From Callorhinchus milii (taxonomy: Eukaryota): a stretch of 60,000 bases of DNA. The stretch lies in assembly GCF_018977255.1 (NCBI RefSeq), contig NW_024704742.1, forward strand, positions 10,976,001 through 11,036,000. Direction: 5' to 3'. The notes under the pieces were generated by a model. The model saw only the letters and a program-made list of their open reading frames with translations, did no database searches and was not told where the DNA came from. A program made the position numbers and the translations under genes. This document shows, in pieces, positions 25,674-39,149 of the stretch; positions within the stretch are counted from its first letter, which is position 1; every line of letters begins with the position of its first letter.

Positions 25674-26780
25674 AAAATAGAAACCCATGGTATTAAAGGG
25701 ACAGTGGCATGGACAGTGGCAACATGGTTGGCTGGGAGACAGAAAGCAGGGAGTGGTGGTGAACAGTTGTTTTTCTGACTGGAGGGAAGTGTGTAGTGGT
25801 GTCCCCCAGGGGTCAGTATTGGGACCACTGCTGTATTTGATCTATACAAATGACCTGGACTTGGGAGTACAATTTCTAAGTTTGTAGATGATACTATGCT
25901 AGGAAAAGCAGTAAACAGTGAGGAGGATAGTAGCAGACTGCAAGAGGACATAGATAGACTGATAAAATGGGCAGACATGTGGCAGATGAAGTTTAATGTG
26001 GAGAAATGCGAAGTGATGCATTTTGAGAGGAGAATGAGGAGAGACGATATCAGCTGATGGTACAATCATAAAGGGAGTGAAGGAACAGAGAGACCTGGGG
26101 GTCATATAAGCAAATCTTTGAAGGTGGCAGGACAGGTACATAAAGCTGTTAAAAAGCACACAGGCTTTATAAATAGGGGCATAGAATACAAAAGTCAGGA
26201 AGTTATGATGAACCTTTATAAAACAATGGTTAGGCCTCAGCGAGAGACTGTGTTCAGTTCTGGGCCCCACACTTTATGAAGGATGTCAAGGCATTAGGTG
26301 CAAAGGGGGTTTACCGGGATGGTACCAGGAATGAAGGACTTCAGTTATCAGGAGAGGCTGGAGAAGCGAGGATTATTCTCCTTGGAGCAGAGAAGGTTAA
26401 GTGGAGACTTAATACAAGTTTTCAAAATTATGAGGGGATTTGATAGGGTGAACAAGAAGAAATATTAATTCCACTGGGGGTGGGCTGGTAACCTGAGGAC
26501 ACTGATTTAAAATAGTTGTTAAAAGAAACAGGTGAGAAGAAATGTTTTCACGCAGTGAGTTGTTCAGATCTGGAATGCATTGCCTGAAAGGATGGTGGAA
26601 GCCAATTCGATAACAACTTTTTAGAGAGAAGTAGATAATTATTTAGGGAGGGCAAGTTTGCAGAACTATGGGGAGAGAGCGGGGGAGTGGGATTGATTTG
26701 GAAGCTCTTTTCAAAGAGCCGGCACAGACACGATGGGCTGAATGACCTCCTTCTGTGCTGTATAATTCTATGATTCTATG
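25674..26780 (+). mobile_element. CR1 LINE 3' part (family B)
   Basis: [30 protein letters not shown]; 3' end GATGGGCTGAATGACCTCCTTCTGTGCTGTATA(ATTCTATG)2. Confidence 0.92.
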
Positions 26781-28122
26781 AAAGCAGTACTTTTAGTAAG
26801 TGTTTACATTTCTGTTGTTGTATTCACTATATTTTATTACATGGATTCAACAGTTTTCAGTGTTGCACAGCTTGCGTGGTTTAATGTCTGGCAAAGGCAC
26901 CTCCTGCAATTCTCAGTGTAATTATACAGACTTTCCAATGTCAGTCAAACTACCCTTTTTTTAATTAATGAACATAAAGTGGACCTCATTCAACGGAATT
27001 GAAAAGAGATAGAGCTCTCGTGATTCTGGATGATTGATACAGTACATTATGTGCCACAATTTTAGTTCATTACAAAAGCGTGCTTGCAGATTTGAAACCT
27101 GACAGTTCGTAAATAATTAAGGTGATTGGTTCAGATTGAATTGTAGATTTTCAGGTCATTTTGATAGATCATGTACTTCAATCAATGCTATGCTTCAGCC
27201 CTTGATCATGTAATAGACTCTATGTCTGTTTGCCACGCATTATTAAATGCAGGTATGCAAAACCAGAAATAGACCAAAATGTATTGTAGCAACAGTGTTG
27301 AGAAAGGGCACATTGTACTCATCACGTGCAAGAAGATTCAATAGACATGTCCTATGTGATTTGAAGGAGACTAATGTACTGGTATAACCTAACAGTATAG
27401 GTTATCCATATCCTGACAACAATAATGTGCTAGGTGCTAACTCCCATCTCGTTATACATATATATGATGGCTGATCATTTGTCGAGCGGACCCAGCTATA
27501 ATGAAGCTGCTGTGGCTGTGATAATAAAGCCTTATGGAGGCTGATACCCTTGACTGTCCAGCACCTTGAGACATCCCCCAACATGTAAGGTGCAATACAA
27601 AAGCAATTTGTTGTTGTTGTTGATGTAGTAGTTGGTGTGATGGTTAATTTTAATGGCTTGCCATAGCAGGTTTAGCCAAAACTCTTCAACTTTCTTTTCT
27701 GCTCTTCCTATAATATAATAATCCTTACATTTGGTCGAGTGCCTTTCATATCAACAGGATGTCCCAAAGCGCTTCATAGGACATACTGTAAAGTGCAATG
27801 ATTATGTGTTTTATGGCTGAATTCTACTGTCGTAAATCTGTCACTACTTGACATTATTGATACGATACTGCATTTAAATTGATTTCTGGCTAAACTCCTT
27901 GTTGGGGTTGTGGAGAGGCATTAAAAGGTAAGCCAGCAGCTGAACTGACTCCAAGGCAACATGTTTGACAACAGATGTCAGATTCAAGTCAATCCTCTGT
28001 GATATTCACAGTAGTCTGGTTCCTGAGCTAGGAGGGACTGTAATACATCAGGTCACTGCTGACGACAGTGAGCAGTGACCTGACCTGGCTCAGCGTAGGA
28101 ATTGGACTGGCAGACCAGTAAT

Positions 28123-28303
28123 TGGGGCAGGGAACTCTTCCCACTCAGCTCCTGCTCCTGGAAGCCCAAAGGGGTAGAGTGCTCCAAGCTAGATAAGTCT
28201 CGGGAAGCTTGCCAGACAGTGCTCTGAATGGCAAGCTATGTGGCTTTAGCTGGTTAATCTCCAGCAGTTACCCCAATGCAGATTATGTGATCCCCGAGTC
28301 TTG
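28123..28303 (+). repeat. Unclassified dispersed repeat, copy 1
   Basis: Colinear with 32702-32891 (ACTCAGCTCCTG, AAGCTT.CCAG.CAGTGCTCT, TTTAGCTG.TTAA, CCAGCAGT..CCCCAA). Confidence 0.7.
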
Positions 28304-28987
28304 GCTCTTGCCAGCCTATGCCTAATACTCTCCGGAATTAGGTAAGCAGGATGCGTCCCTCCAGGGACAGAGTGCATATTCCATTCCAAGCACAGAAATT
28401 TCTATATGTAAGTGATATACAGTATGTGGAATTCTCAGTCTGTTTTGGATACTCATAAGCATGGTGATTGGTTTCTGCATGTTTCATACAACCAGCTGAG
28501 CAAAAACAAATCAATTTCCAAAGTTACTCTCAAACCTTACAAAAGACTTGTATTACCAGATAATTCATACATATTGAAGGACCTTTTTCCAAGGTGCCTT
28601 TCAGAAATAGCTTCATAGCCATGGCATAGGGAGTACATTTTGTCGAAATATTACTGTATGTATTTCTTCACTGGAAATAAAAAGGCACTTGAGAAAGAAG
28701 CATGCTACATCCCTCCTGCAGAACAGACCCAACAGCATCACTTTAACATTCCAGCAAAATATGGACCGTTTAATGGGCCATTTGCAATAAATAAATCCTG
28801 TGCTGCACCATATTGGTGCAACGTACAGGAAAGAAAAACAATTCTGACAAACTTCTGCGGGTAAGATAAGAATGAAAGGGTTTAAAAAGGGACAGGGATG
28901 ATTTTTGGTTAATAGTTCACTCACATAAAATTCATTCTGTATTACACACTGCAGACATGTGAGGAAGTTAGAAAAAAATGTTTTGAT

Positions 28988-29410
28988 AACAACAAATTAC
29001 ACTTGTATAGTACCCTTCACATTGGAAAGATGCCCCAAGTGCTAGACAGTCAGGTTTTTTTTGAACCAGAGCTGGGAGTTGGGGTGGGGTGGAGGGTAGA
29101 GAGGTCCATAGAGAGGTGGGAGGGTGGCCAAAGGCATGGTTGAAGAGAAAGGTCTTTAGACGGGTCTTGAAGGAGGCAAGAGAGCGGGTAAAGCAGAGGG
29201 ATTGCGGGATAGATTTCCAGAGTGTGGGGACAGGGATGTTGAATACCTAACAACCAATGGTGGACCGGGAAGTGCAGGGGACCTGAAGCAGGCCAGTGCT
29301 CGCCAAGTGGAGAGAGCCGACCGGCTGAAATGGGATTATGAGGTTGGAGAGGTGGAGAGATGGGGGTAGGATAAGAATAAGCTAGAGCAGAGAATAAATC
29401 TGTAAGAGCC
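28988..29410 (-). mobile_element. L2 3' fragment
   Basis: AACAACAAATTACACTTGTATAG tail; purine-rich antisense body GGTCTTGAAGGAGGCAAG. Confidence 0.75.
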
Positions 29411-29643
29411 ACAGTTTCTTCCCTCTATCACTTCCTTCCTCCCCACACAACACATCCAATTCCTTTTGGAAAGTCAGCTACACATTTAACTTGTAAAAGA
29501 GTACCATGAAAGTAATTTATAAGATCGTCCTTGAGTCTTTCATTGTGTATTTTTGTCAAATAAATCAAGGCAGAATATTTGTTACATACAGTCATTTACT
29601 GTTACAGTTGATGATCAGTGAGTGTAAGCAAGAATCATTTTCT

Positions 29644-30816
29644 GATCAGTGGATGTGGTCTAATTGGACTTCCAGAAGGCATTCGATAAGGTGCTGCATA
29701 AAAGGTTAATCCAAAAGATAAGGGCCCATGGAATTGGAGGGAGCATATTAACATGGATTGGGGTAGGAAACAAGGAGTAGGGATAAACGGGTCCTTTTCA
29801 GATTGGCGGGATGTGACTAGTGGAGTGCCACAAGGATCAGTCCTTGCGCCTCAGCTATTTACCATCTACATCAACGATCTTGATGAGGACATCGAAGTTA
29901 ATATATCTAAATTCGCGGATGACACAAAACTAGGAGGAAGTGCCAACACAGAGGACGACATTAAAAAAAATGCAGCGAAACATAGATAGGTTAGGTGATT
30001 GGGCAGGTAGGTGGCAGATGAATATAATGTACGGAAGTACGAAGTCATCCACCTAGGGAGCAAAAACAGTAGAGCGGGTTATTTTTTAGAAGGGGAGAGA
30101 TTGGAATGTGTTAGCGTCCAGAGGGACTTGGGTGTCCTTGTACACCAATCACAGAAAGTTAGTCTGAAGGTGCAGCAGCAATTAGGAAGGCGAACGGTAT
30201 GTTAGCATTCATTATGAAAGAATTAGAGTATAAGAGTAGGGAAGTCTTGCTGCAACTGTATAGGGCCCTGGTGAGACCACACCTGGAATACTGTGTCGAG
30301 TTTTAGTCTCCTCATTTAAGGAAGGACGTACTTGCCTTGGAGGGGGTGCAGCATAGATTTACTAGGTTAGTTAGTACCAGGGATGAAGGGAATGAGTTAA
30401 GAGGATAGGCTGACCAATTTGGGCCTATATTCTATAACCTATAAGATCATCAAAGGGCATGACAGAGTAGATAGTGGGAGATTGTTTCCCCTGGTTGGAG
30501 AAACCAAAACCAGGGGTCACAACCTTAAAATCAGAGGCCAGCCCTTTCGCACTGAGTTGAAGAAGAACTTCTTCACTCAAAAGGTGGTGAATGTATGGAA
30601 CTCACTACCCCAAAGGGCTTTTGACGCTCAGTCCTTGAACATATTCAAAACTGAGATAGATAGATTTCTTATTGTAAAAGGGATTAAGGGATATGGGGAT
30701 AAGGCAGGGTCAGGTTATTAGCTGGAGTTAGATTAGAAGATGAGCCATGATTGAATGGTGGGTCAGGCTCGAAGGGCTGAATGGCCTACTCCTGCTCCTA
30801 CATGTTATGTTATGTT
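29644..30816 (+). mobile_element. CR1 LINE RT and 3' end (family A)
   Basis: [63 protein letters not shown]; 3' UTR. Confidence 0.93.
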
Positions 30817-31309
30817 AATAGTGTACAAGGCAGTATCCAAATTTAAAATGGTGCAATCATTAACACCAGTTAAACCTTGCGGATCTTTTTCCAAGTAGTT
30901 AACTTTATATCCCCATACGCCAGCGAAGTACTCCAGTAGGTTCTGGAGATAAGAAGTGAACCATTAAATGAAAGGAAATCTTGGTATAAAGTGTGGTTTT
31001 ATGTACTCCGAGATCGACAAGTCTGTCAATATCTTTGTGAGATCAAACACTTTTAGCCTTTTGTTAGGTTGCTGTAATATGTACATGGTATTTTATTCCT
31101 CTGTAAGATACACTGAAATAAAATCTGATATCATTACAGTAGCATTTCAGTTCAAATCAAGTGGGAGTCAGTCTCTATCTGCTGTGACCTCTGCCAGTAC
31201 TAACAAGAGAATCACTGCAAATGTACTAACACTGGCCCCACTGACTGCAGCTCCACATATTCTGATGAACATGGCCTGGATTTGTGCTTTGATTACTTAA
31301 GCCAAGATC

Positions 31310-31671
31310 CTTGGTGTGAGCATTTCAAGACCTTAAAACTTTGTTTTCAAATCCCTTAATGTCCTGGCACCTCCCTACCTCTTCAACCCACAACCCGCTG
31401 CCTCCGCTCAACTGGCTCCGCCTTCTGCATGTTCCTCATGCCCTCCATTCCACCATTGGTGGCTGAGCTTTCAGCCACTATGCCCCGAAACTCTGGATCA
31501 CTTTTCCTCTATCCTTGCCCCTTCCTTCCCCATCTTCAGGTCACACCTGAAGACCTTCCTATTCGACTGTGCCTACGGTCACCCACCCTCCCCCTGGCTC
31601 GGGGTCGTGATCCGCTCTGGGATGCTACCCTGCATGAGGCGCACTATATAAATGCAAGTTGTTGTTGTTGT
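31310..31671 (+). mobile_element. L2 3' fragment (second family)
   Basis: Colinear with 19520-19900; (TTG)n tail. Confidence 0.8.
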
Positions 31672-32701
31672 GATCCATCTCTGAGCAAAGAAGGCACTGA
31701 TTAACCACTCAAGCTTTACTCTGATAGTTTGTCACCTGAATCCTTTAGTGTGTTGCATACTGCCTGCAACACATTCCTGTTTGGGCTCTTTTCCAAGTAA
31801 AGTTGTACTATCTATGATAAGGTAAGAAAATTAGAAGATTTATTTCTGTGTAAATCACTGAGCCATTTCACAAGATAAGGCAGGACCAAATTTCGGGAGC
31901 CAGCTGGAGGATAATGTGTTTCACCCACAAAATATAGTAAATTCACTTTAGAGTATATTCTGCAAAGCACTTTGAGAAGTCTCAACGATGTGAAAAGGCG
32001 CTATATGAAATGCAAAAAATATTGTTATAATATAATTTGGTAGCATTTCTCAACAGAATCTATGTTGTACAAATGGAGATCAGTCATCAAGGTACATAAT
32101 AATAATTGTTCCATTTGATATAGCACCTTATCACATCTTCGAGACGTCTCAAAGTGCTTCAAAGAATATGCTGTAAAGTGAATTGACTGAATATTGTGGG
32201 CGAACATCCCATTAGTGACAGAAACCTTGCTTTGACAAAGTTCCTGCGGATTGAAGGGATTTTATCAGGATTCCTTAATAAGGAATCCCATTAGGAAATA
32301 ATGCAACCATAGACCTGTACATTTCTATTGAGTTCCAATTAAAGGTTTTGTCAGCATCGAGAGACAGAGAGAGCTAATGCTGCTGAAATTAACTTGATGA
32401 GCAAATTTAGTAACTCGTTTTATCAAAGGAGAATAGGAATGTGACAAAATCCGACTTGCATAGGTTTGAGATGTACCAGTCTGAATGCAATTGTTTTGAC
32501 AGTCCATTGCAATTAAGGAGGCAGATTGTCCTATGATTAACCCAGTGCAGAGGATCGTTTACTGGAATGGAATAAGTGAGGTTATTGCAGAGGTCATCTT
32601 GCCTGTCAAAACATCATTAGCAAACATTTCTTTGAAATCCAGCATTAATTTCTCCTGACTAGATATTTCAATTTCGAATTACCCCTATGTTTTCTGATAG
32701 C

Positions 32702-32891
32702 TGGGGCCAGGAATCTTCCTACTCAGCTCCTGTTAACCCTGCAAGCCAAAGCTCTCATGGGTAGGGTGGTTGTAGCTGGACCTTCTGAGGGAAAGCTTAC
32801 CAGGCAGTGCTCTCAACAGTAAACTCTGTAGTTTTAGCTGATTAAACACCAGCAGTACCCCCAACACACAAGCTGGAGTTCCTAAGACTTG
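32702..32891 (+). repeat. Unclassified dispersed repeat, copy 2
   Basis: Colinear with 28123-28303. Confidence 0.7.
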
Positions 32892-33152
32892 ATAAAGGGA
32901 AATTTTCATTTGTAGGTGACATACAGATGTGTATCCTACAATCTGATTTGGATAATGACATCATGGTAATAGGTTTCCATAGGGCTCAGAAACTGTCTGA
33001 TCAAAGAAAGGTCATTGGCACAGCATTCCCACTGTTGGGCAAATAATGAAATGGAAAAGCCATTTTCGTGGAAACCCATCCATGTTGAAGATGGTAAGTG
33101 GAAATAAAGACGTTGCTTTTGGTCAGTTCCGCTCTGACTCCTAACTCGTTCC

Positions 33153-34090
33153 ATTGACCACTCTATCCTCCTCCACCACCTCTATTCTCACCTCAAACTT
33201 CATGGCTCTGTCCTTGAACGGTTCACATCGTCTTCACTTCATCTCCACAAATGGTTTCTCCTCTAGCCCCAGCACCCTCTCATGTGGCGTTCCTCAGGGC
33301 TCTGTCCTTGCTCCCCTCCTCTTCAATATCTATATGCTCCCTCTTGGTGGCATCATCCGCAGACATTGGGTAAACTTCCACATGTATGCAGATGTCACCC
33401 AGCTCTATCTCTCTGCCTCCACCCTTGACTCCAGGACCACTGGTTTACTGACAGAATGTCTGTCAGACATCAAGTCCTGGAGGAGAGCCAACTTTCTTCA
33501 ATTGAACGTCAACAAGACCGAGGCTCTCCTGATTGGTTCCTGTCAGCGCCTCCACACCTCAGACGCTGATAGCATCAACATCCAAGGATGCACACTCCAC
33601 CTTGCTAAGCCAGTCCGGAACCTTGGTGTCTTGTTTGACCTTCAACTATTCTTTCTACCCTACATCCAATGCCATGACCCGCTCTGCCTAGCCCCACCTC
33701 TGCAACATTGCCTGTCTCACACCGCAAGCCGCCGAAACCCTCAAACACGTCTTCATAACATCCAAGCTTGTCTATGCAAACTCCTTGCTTGTCAGCCTCC
33801 CCAATTCATCCCTCCACAGGCTGCAGATCATCCAGAACTCTGCATCCTGTGTCCTCCCCTGAACTCCATCTCACAGTCCCTCCACTTTGCCCCCTCCCTT
33901 GCCTCCTTCAAGACCCATCTTAAGAACCTCCTCTTTGACCATGCCTTCGATCACCCTCCTTTCCCCCCTGCCCTCCATCCTCCCCGATCTCGACCCCCAG
34001 CTCGGGTCCGAAACACTGACTGTCCAGCACCTTGGGACATCCTCCCAATGTGAAAGGAACTATCCAAATGTAATTTTTTTGTTGTTGCTG
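33153..34090 (+). mobile_element. L2 LINE RT and 3' tail, internally deleted
   Basis: [40 protein letters not shown]; closely similar to 835-2025. Confidence 0.92.
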
Positions 34091-34099
34091 TCATTCGTT

Positions 34100-34617
34100 T
34101 ACTTGGTATCAGCATTGTTCATTTGGTAGCGTTCTCACCTATGAGTCCGATGGTTGTGGTTCAAGCTGCACATTTGGACTTATGGTGATGGCTGACACTT
34201 GAATGTAGGACTGGGGGTATCCTGCATTGTCAGGTGAGATATTAAATCAAGGCTTCATCTGCCTGTTCAGGTGGACATTAAAGATCCCATGGCAGAAAAA
34301 GTGTTCTTGTCAATAATCCTAGAAATTGATCACTTACTTCATGATTGTTAGTGAGACATTCGTATTCTACAAAATACATAATCACTACACTTTACAGTAA
34401 ATCTTGGAAAGCGCTTTAACATGTTCTCCCGACATGATGTCGGCACTATGTCAAATGCTAGGATTTGTGGGAGACTGCTTTGCGCAATTAGTTGCTGCAT
34501 TTCGCCCATGGAGTATACAGTCAATTCACTTTACAGGATATTCTGTGAAGCGCTTTGAGACATTTTGAAGACATGATAAGTCGTTATATCAAATGCAAGG
34601 ATTATTATTATTATTCT
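34100..34617 (+). mobile_element. Old DeuSINE followed by a SINE 3' half
   Basis: CTGCCTGTTCAGGTGGACATTAAAGATCCCATGGCA; two successive tails. Confidence 0.75.
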
Positions 34618-34976
34618 ATAATATAGCCGTAACATCACATAAAGTAGGAGCCTACTTATTCCATTTACCATTAAGGGGCTTAGCTTTTTTGCACAAAGAA
34701 AACAAAATGGCCAAATTGCCACCTTCAACACAGTCAGTGTAGCCTTTATTTCAAACCACACAAACTCCAGCTAAGGGGTGATCGACAATTTATTGGGCAG
34801 GTGCACTGAAGGGAACAGTGTGACTTAGTGCTCATCATTACCCCTGAGCTGGCTAAGTGCCAGCTCTTTCCTTTGCTCTTTTCCTCAGCCGAGTGATGTG
34901 CTCTGATAAACCAGTTTGAAGAGCAATTCAAATCAACCTAGAATGGAAAAATCTACCCAACTTATAACAGTGTAGC

Positions 34977-35070
34977 AAAAACAAAAGTCGCTGGGAACAC
35001 TCAGCAGGTCAGGCAGCATCTATGAAGAAAGGAGAGTGAGTCAACGTTTCACGACCCTTCGTCAGAACCC
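34977..35070 (-). repeat. Penelope-type short repeat with hammerhead core (stem II partly deleted)
   Basis: Minus strand reads GGTT-CTGACGA-AGGGTCGT-GAAA-CGTT-GACT; the rest is shared with 39394-39530. Confidence 0.7.
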
Positions 35071-36004
35071 GGTTTCATTTTTTTCTCCTTTTTTTTCAAA
35101 AAAGCATTTTTATAAAAAAAACCTTCTTCCTCCCCTCACTTTCTCTTTCTCTCTCCATCCACCTCTCTTTCCCCCTCGCCCTCTCACTATTCCTCTCTAT
35201 ATCTCTTCCTTCCCCAGTATCTTTCTTCCTGTCTCTCTCTCTCTCTCTCTCGTTTCTCCTAATGTGTTGACCAACAACAACACCAACTTGCACTTTATAG
35301 TACCCTTCATGCAGGACACTGACTCTGAGTACTCAAAGCAGTCCACTAGATGAAATTGATCATTTATTTCATGACTGTTTGTGTGACTTTGCTGTAAATC
35401 GACTATTGTGCCTACCTGCAATTTACACATTCATGTGACTGTAAATCCTGTGAAGCATTTTGAGATTTCCTTCCGCTGTAAAAGGCCTTGCATCAATAGC
35501 AAGGGTTCTATCATTTTTTTTTATGTGGGACTCCCTTCTCTCACCTCGGAAGCCAGTTTAAAGATCACTAAACTGTTATATTTGCCTTGTCAGGAATTGC
35601 AGAATTAATGGCCTCTTGGGGGTTAAATTCTGTTCGCACTAGGTAGCCTCCAAACAGTATTAATACTGAGGCCTGCAGGGTGCTGGTGTCTGCAGTATTC
35701 AAACTTTGGCTTGTTATTTTTTAAATTGCCCCATTCGCTTCCATTAGGATTACTGTTGCACTCCAATGTGGAAGAGGTGACCATTATTAATGATCCCTTT
35801 ACATTTCCTCACAATCTTATTTCCTCTCCGGTTGCTCAGATGTCAGCCCAACAAAAAGGGCCCCAGAAATGAATGGCAAACAATTCATTAAAGTTTATGT
35901 TGCAGCAAAACCCTTTTCTCTGTGCCCAATAGTTTTGTATTTTGTACCAATGTTCCCAGCATGTTGTTTTGTGTTGGTTCTGGCACCGACAGAATCAGTG
36001 CAAA

Positions 36005-36386
36005 TAATAATAATAATATTCCTTGCATTTGATAAAGCCCCTCATCATCTTGTTGAGACATCTCAAAGCCCTTCACAGAATATACTGTAAAGTGAATTTA
36101 CTGTATATTTTGTCAGTAAAACGCGACACCCAATTGTGAACAGCAGTGTCTCACAAACAGTCGTGGATTGAGTGACCAAATTCTTCTTTTTTTTAATTTT
36201 AAAGGATTGATTGCCCCTGGAAAAGCGATCCACCAATTGACTAATAACCGGGTTCCTACTTAATGCTAGGTAAACAGAGGAGTGTGGAGTAAGGAAACTT
36301 GCCCAACGATTTGCCCTGCCCAGGAATTGAACACAGGTCTCTCGCTTGCAAGCCGAGTGCTCTAAACAATACACTGCAGGACTCCA
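36005..36386 (-). mobile_element. Medium SINE, full length
   Basis: Tail, Deu block, TGCTAGGTAAACAGAGG, tRNA head ending CAGGACTCCAC. Confidence 0.9.
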
Positions 36387-37145
36387 CAATATAGAATATA
36401 TTCAAATATCTCTCCTCCTCCTCTGCCACAATATTTCTTCAACCTCCAAATCTCTGCTTTCAATGCCCTTTTCACTATTATCTTATTTCTAAGGACTGAC
36501 AAGTTCATAATTTCCCTCGGCAAATATGCACTGGGATTCAGATTGAGCTTTTCATTACTAGCAATGGAACTCTTATTTGTTTTTTTAAATAACATTTCTT
36601 CATTGATGTCATGTTCTGCATCCTACGGGGTCGATAACTCTGCCTCTATCTCGGTGGTTGAACTTTATTGCCTTGAAATCATCATATCACATTTAATTGA
36701 GCAGGATCTGAAAGTAATTTGACAGTCGAATGAAGGACTGATTAGAGTAAAGAATTAGGGAAATAATTGCGATCAGGAAGAAATTCTTGAAGGTAGCACT
36801 CTAGTCTCAGAGTCAGAAGGTTGTGTGTACAAGCCGCACATTGGAATTTAGAGCTCATATCTGCATGTTGAAATAAGACACAGATGGCTTTTAGAATTTG
36901 GAAATTGTTTTACAAATGCCTACAAAATAATCTAAGCCTATAACATTTAAAAAAAGGATAAATATTTGGAGAAATATTACAGTATATAAAAAGGTATAGA
37001 GGGATAAACACATTAACTCAAAGTACCAAATAACTTTCTTCTCATTGTAATTTCTATGAATAAACTACTGTATGTAAATTACAATCTATTATGTGCTAAT
37101 TAACATATTGCTGAAAAAAGTGGCTAGTGTCAATTTATTGACTGA

Positions 37146-37520
37146 TAATAATCCTTACATTTGATATATTATTACGTCGTCGAGATGTCTCAAAATGCTT
37201 CACAGGAAACACTGTAAAGTGAATTGACTGTATATTTTGTGGGTGTAATGGGCAGCCAATTGTGCACAGCAGTGTCCCACAAACAATCGTGGATTGAGTG
37301 ACCAAATTATTATTATTTATTATTTATATTTACTTGGAAGGAATTATAACCCCCAGAAAAGCAATCTGCCAATCAACTAACAATTGGGTTCCTACTTACT
37401 GCTCGGTAAAAGGAAGCATGTGGAGGAAGAAAACTTACCCAACGTTTCAACCTGCCCGGGAATCAAACCCAAGTCCTCTCGTTTGCAAGGCAAGCACCCT
37501 AACCACTACTCTACAGGACT
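37146..37520 (-). mobile_element. Medium SINE, full length
   Basis: Same modules as 36005-36386. Confidence 0.87.
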
Positions 37521-37544
37521 GAATCTGTATGCTGCATGATGTGC

Positions 37545-37680
37545 AGAAGTCCTTTCTGTTCGACTGTGCCTACAGTCACCTCTTCCTCTCCCCGGCTCGG
37601 CATTGTGTTCCGCCACTGTCAAGTGCTTTGGCACACCACCCTGCGTGAGAGGCGCTATATAAATGTAAGTTGTTGTTGGT
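37545..37680 (+). mobile_element. L2 3' tail
   Basis: GAGGCGCTATATAAATGTAAG(TTG)n. Confidence 0.75.
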
Positions 37681-38074
37681 ATAACAATTGGTAGATTCAG
37701 ACTTGCAGAGTTTTCGATGATATGTTAAATTATACACCAGATGTCCCAATTCTTGACCCATGCCCTAATGCTTTATTCTTGATCATGATTAATACTTGAA
37801 TCTCATCCCCATTTTTGTGGGATATTGCTGTTTACAAATTGGGTGCAGCACTTGCCTAGACATACGCACACTTTTACCACACTTTTACAGAAAACTCCCT
37901 GAAACACGTTGAGGTGTTTTATTATAATTTGATATCCAGGCAGTAAAGGAAAAGCAAAAATGAAAGACAGCTCCCCTTTCTTTTCTAAATACATTTATCT
38001 AATTCGGCAGAACTCAGGTTCATTACCACAGCCAAACTTGGTTATTATTATTATGTGATATGTAATATTATTAT

Positions 38075-38395
38075 GTAATAATAATCCTTGCTTTTGATAT
38101 AACGCCTGATCACATTGTTGAACGTCTCACAGCCTTTCACAGAATATACTGTAAAGTGCAAGGACACCCAGAGAAACTCCCTTCCTTTTTCAAATGGTAC
38201 CATAGGATCTTTAACATCTACCTGAACAGGCAGACAGCAACTTGGTTTGTCTTATTAGGTGGATGCCACCTCCGACAATGCAGAGCACCCCAACATTCCA
38301 CTGGAGTATCAGCCTAGATTATGAGTTCAGTGTGCCAACATAGGACTTGAGTCCACAGCCATCTAACTCAATGGATACCAAGTGCTACCGACGGA
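38075..38395 (-). mobile_element. Old DeuSINE
   Basis: GGATCTTTAACATCTACCTGAACAGGCAGAC..GCCACCTCCGACAATGCAG..TCAGCCTAGATTATG. Confidence 0.75.
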
Positions 38396-39149
38396 TATAA
38401 CTTTGTGTGTTTGTGTGTGAAGGAGGGGTGGGGGGAATCAAAAAGAGTTTGCAATCCTGCAATCCTGCTCCCTTTCCAGTGACCTTCACTGGAATGTGCA
38501 GGGAATAGGATTGTGCTTGGCTGCGATTTCCATCCCCCCTCCCTTCCACGGTAGTATTGCTGGTGACAGTCGCTGGCTGGATTTACACCCTGTACATTTG
38601 GGAAGTGGGGAGCGGGGAGAGGAAGCAAAGTTTGTATGAAGATAATTTGCATTGATTTGTATCTAGGTTTAATGAATGTTTGTATGAGAAGTATCTTCAA
38701 CTGTGTCAACACAGATAGGTAACACTTGAAACTCAGCTTTGCACAGAAAATTCACTTGGTCTGTCCAAGGTAATGTGTCAAGTTCTCTTGCTGCATGGAG
38801 AATCAATTTTTTCTGCAGGTAACAGAACGTAATGAGTAAATTCTCGTGGTCTTTGATCATCCTGGCTTCCTTTACTGGAAATTCGATGCATCCTTTCAAC
38901 CTTAAGTGACTGCCTAAAGAAAGCATCTCCTATCTAATCAAATTAGTCAGCTCATTTCCTTCATTTCCTTTGACTGCCAAGCCAGACATTACCCTGGATT
39001 CTCCAAGTCATCAGTTTTACGCTCGCGTTTTTAGCTACTCCTTGGTTGGGTTTCTTCCATCAAAACTCACCCTTTGAATGAAACAGCAAAGCTTCAAGCT
39101 ATTTTATTTCAAGCTATTTAATTCCACTTTAATATCAGCAGTTTTGTTG

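Noticed and set aside
28123..32891. LTR pair of a retrotransposon
   Set aside because: No TG..CA ends, PBS, PPT or gag/pol remnant seen; kept only as an unclassified repeat.
33154..34053. 299 aa ORF as a functional gene or domesticated RT
   Set aside because: It is an L2 fragment: the catalytic YADD reads YADV, both ends drift out of the RT frame, and there is an internal deletion.
35075..35260. Pyrimidine-rich tract as a functional element
   Set aside because: Low-complexity CT-rich sequence next to repeat ends, like 45530-45650; nothing specific supports a function.
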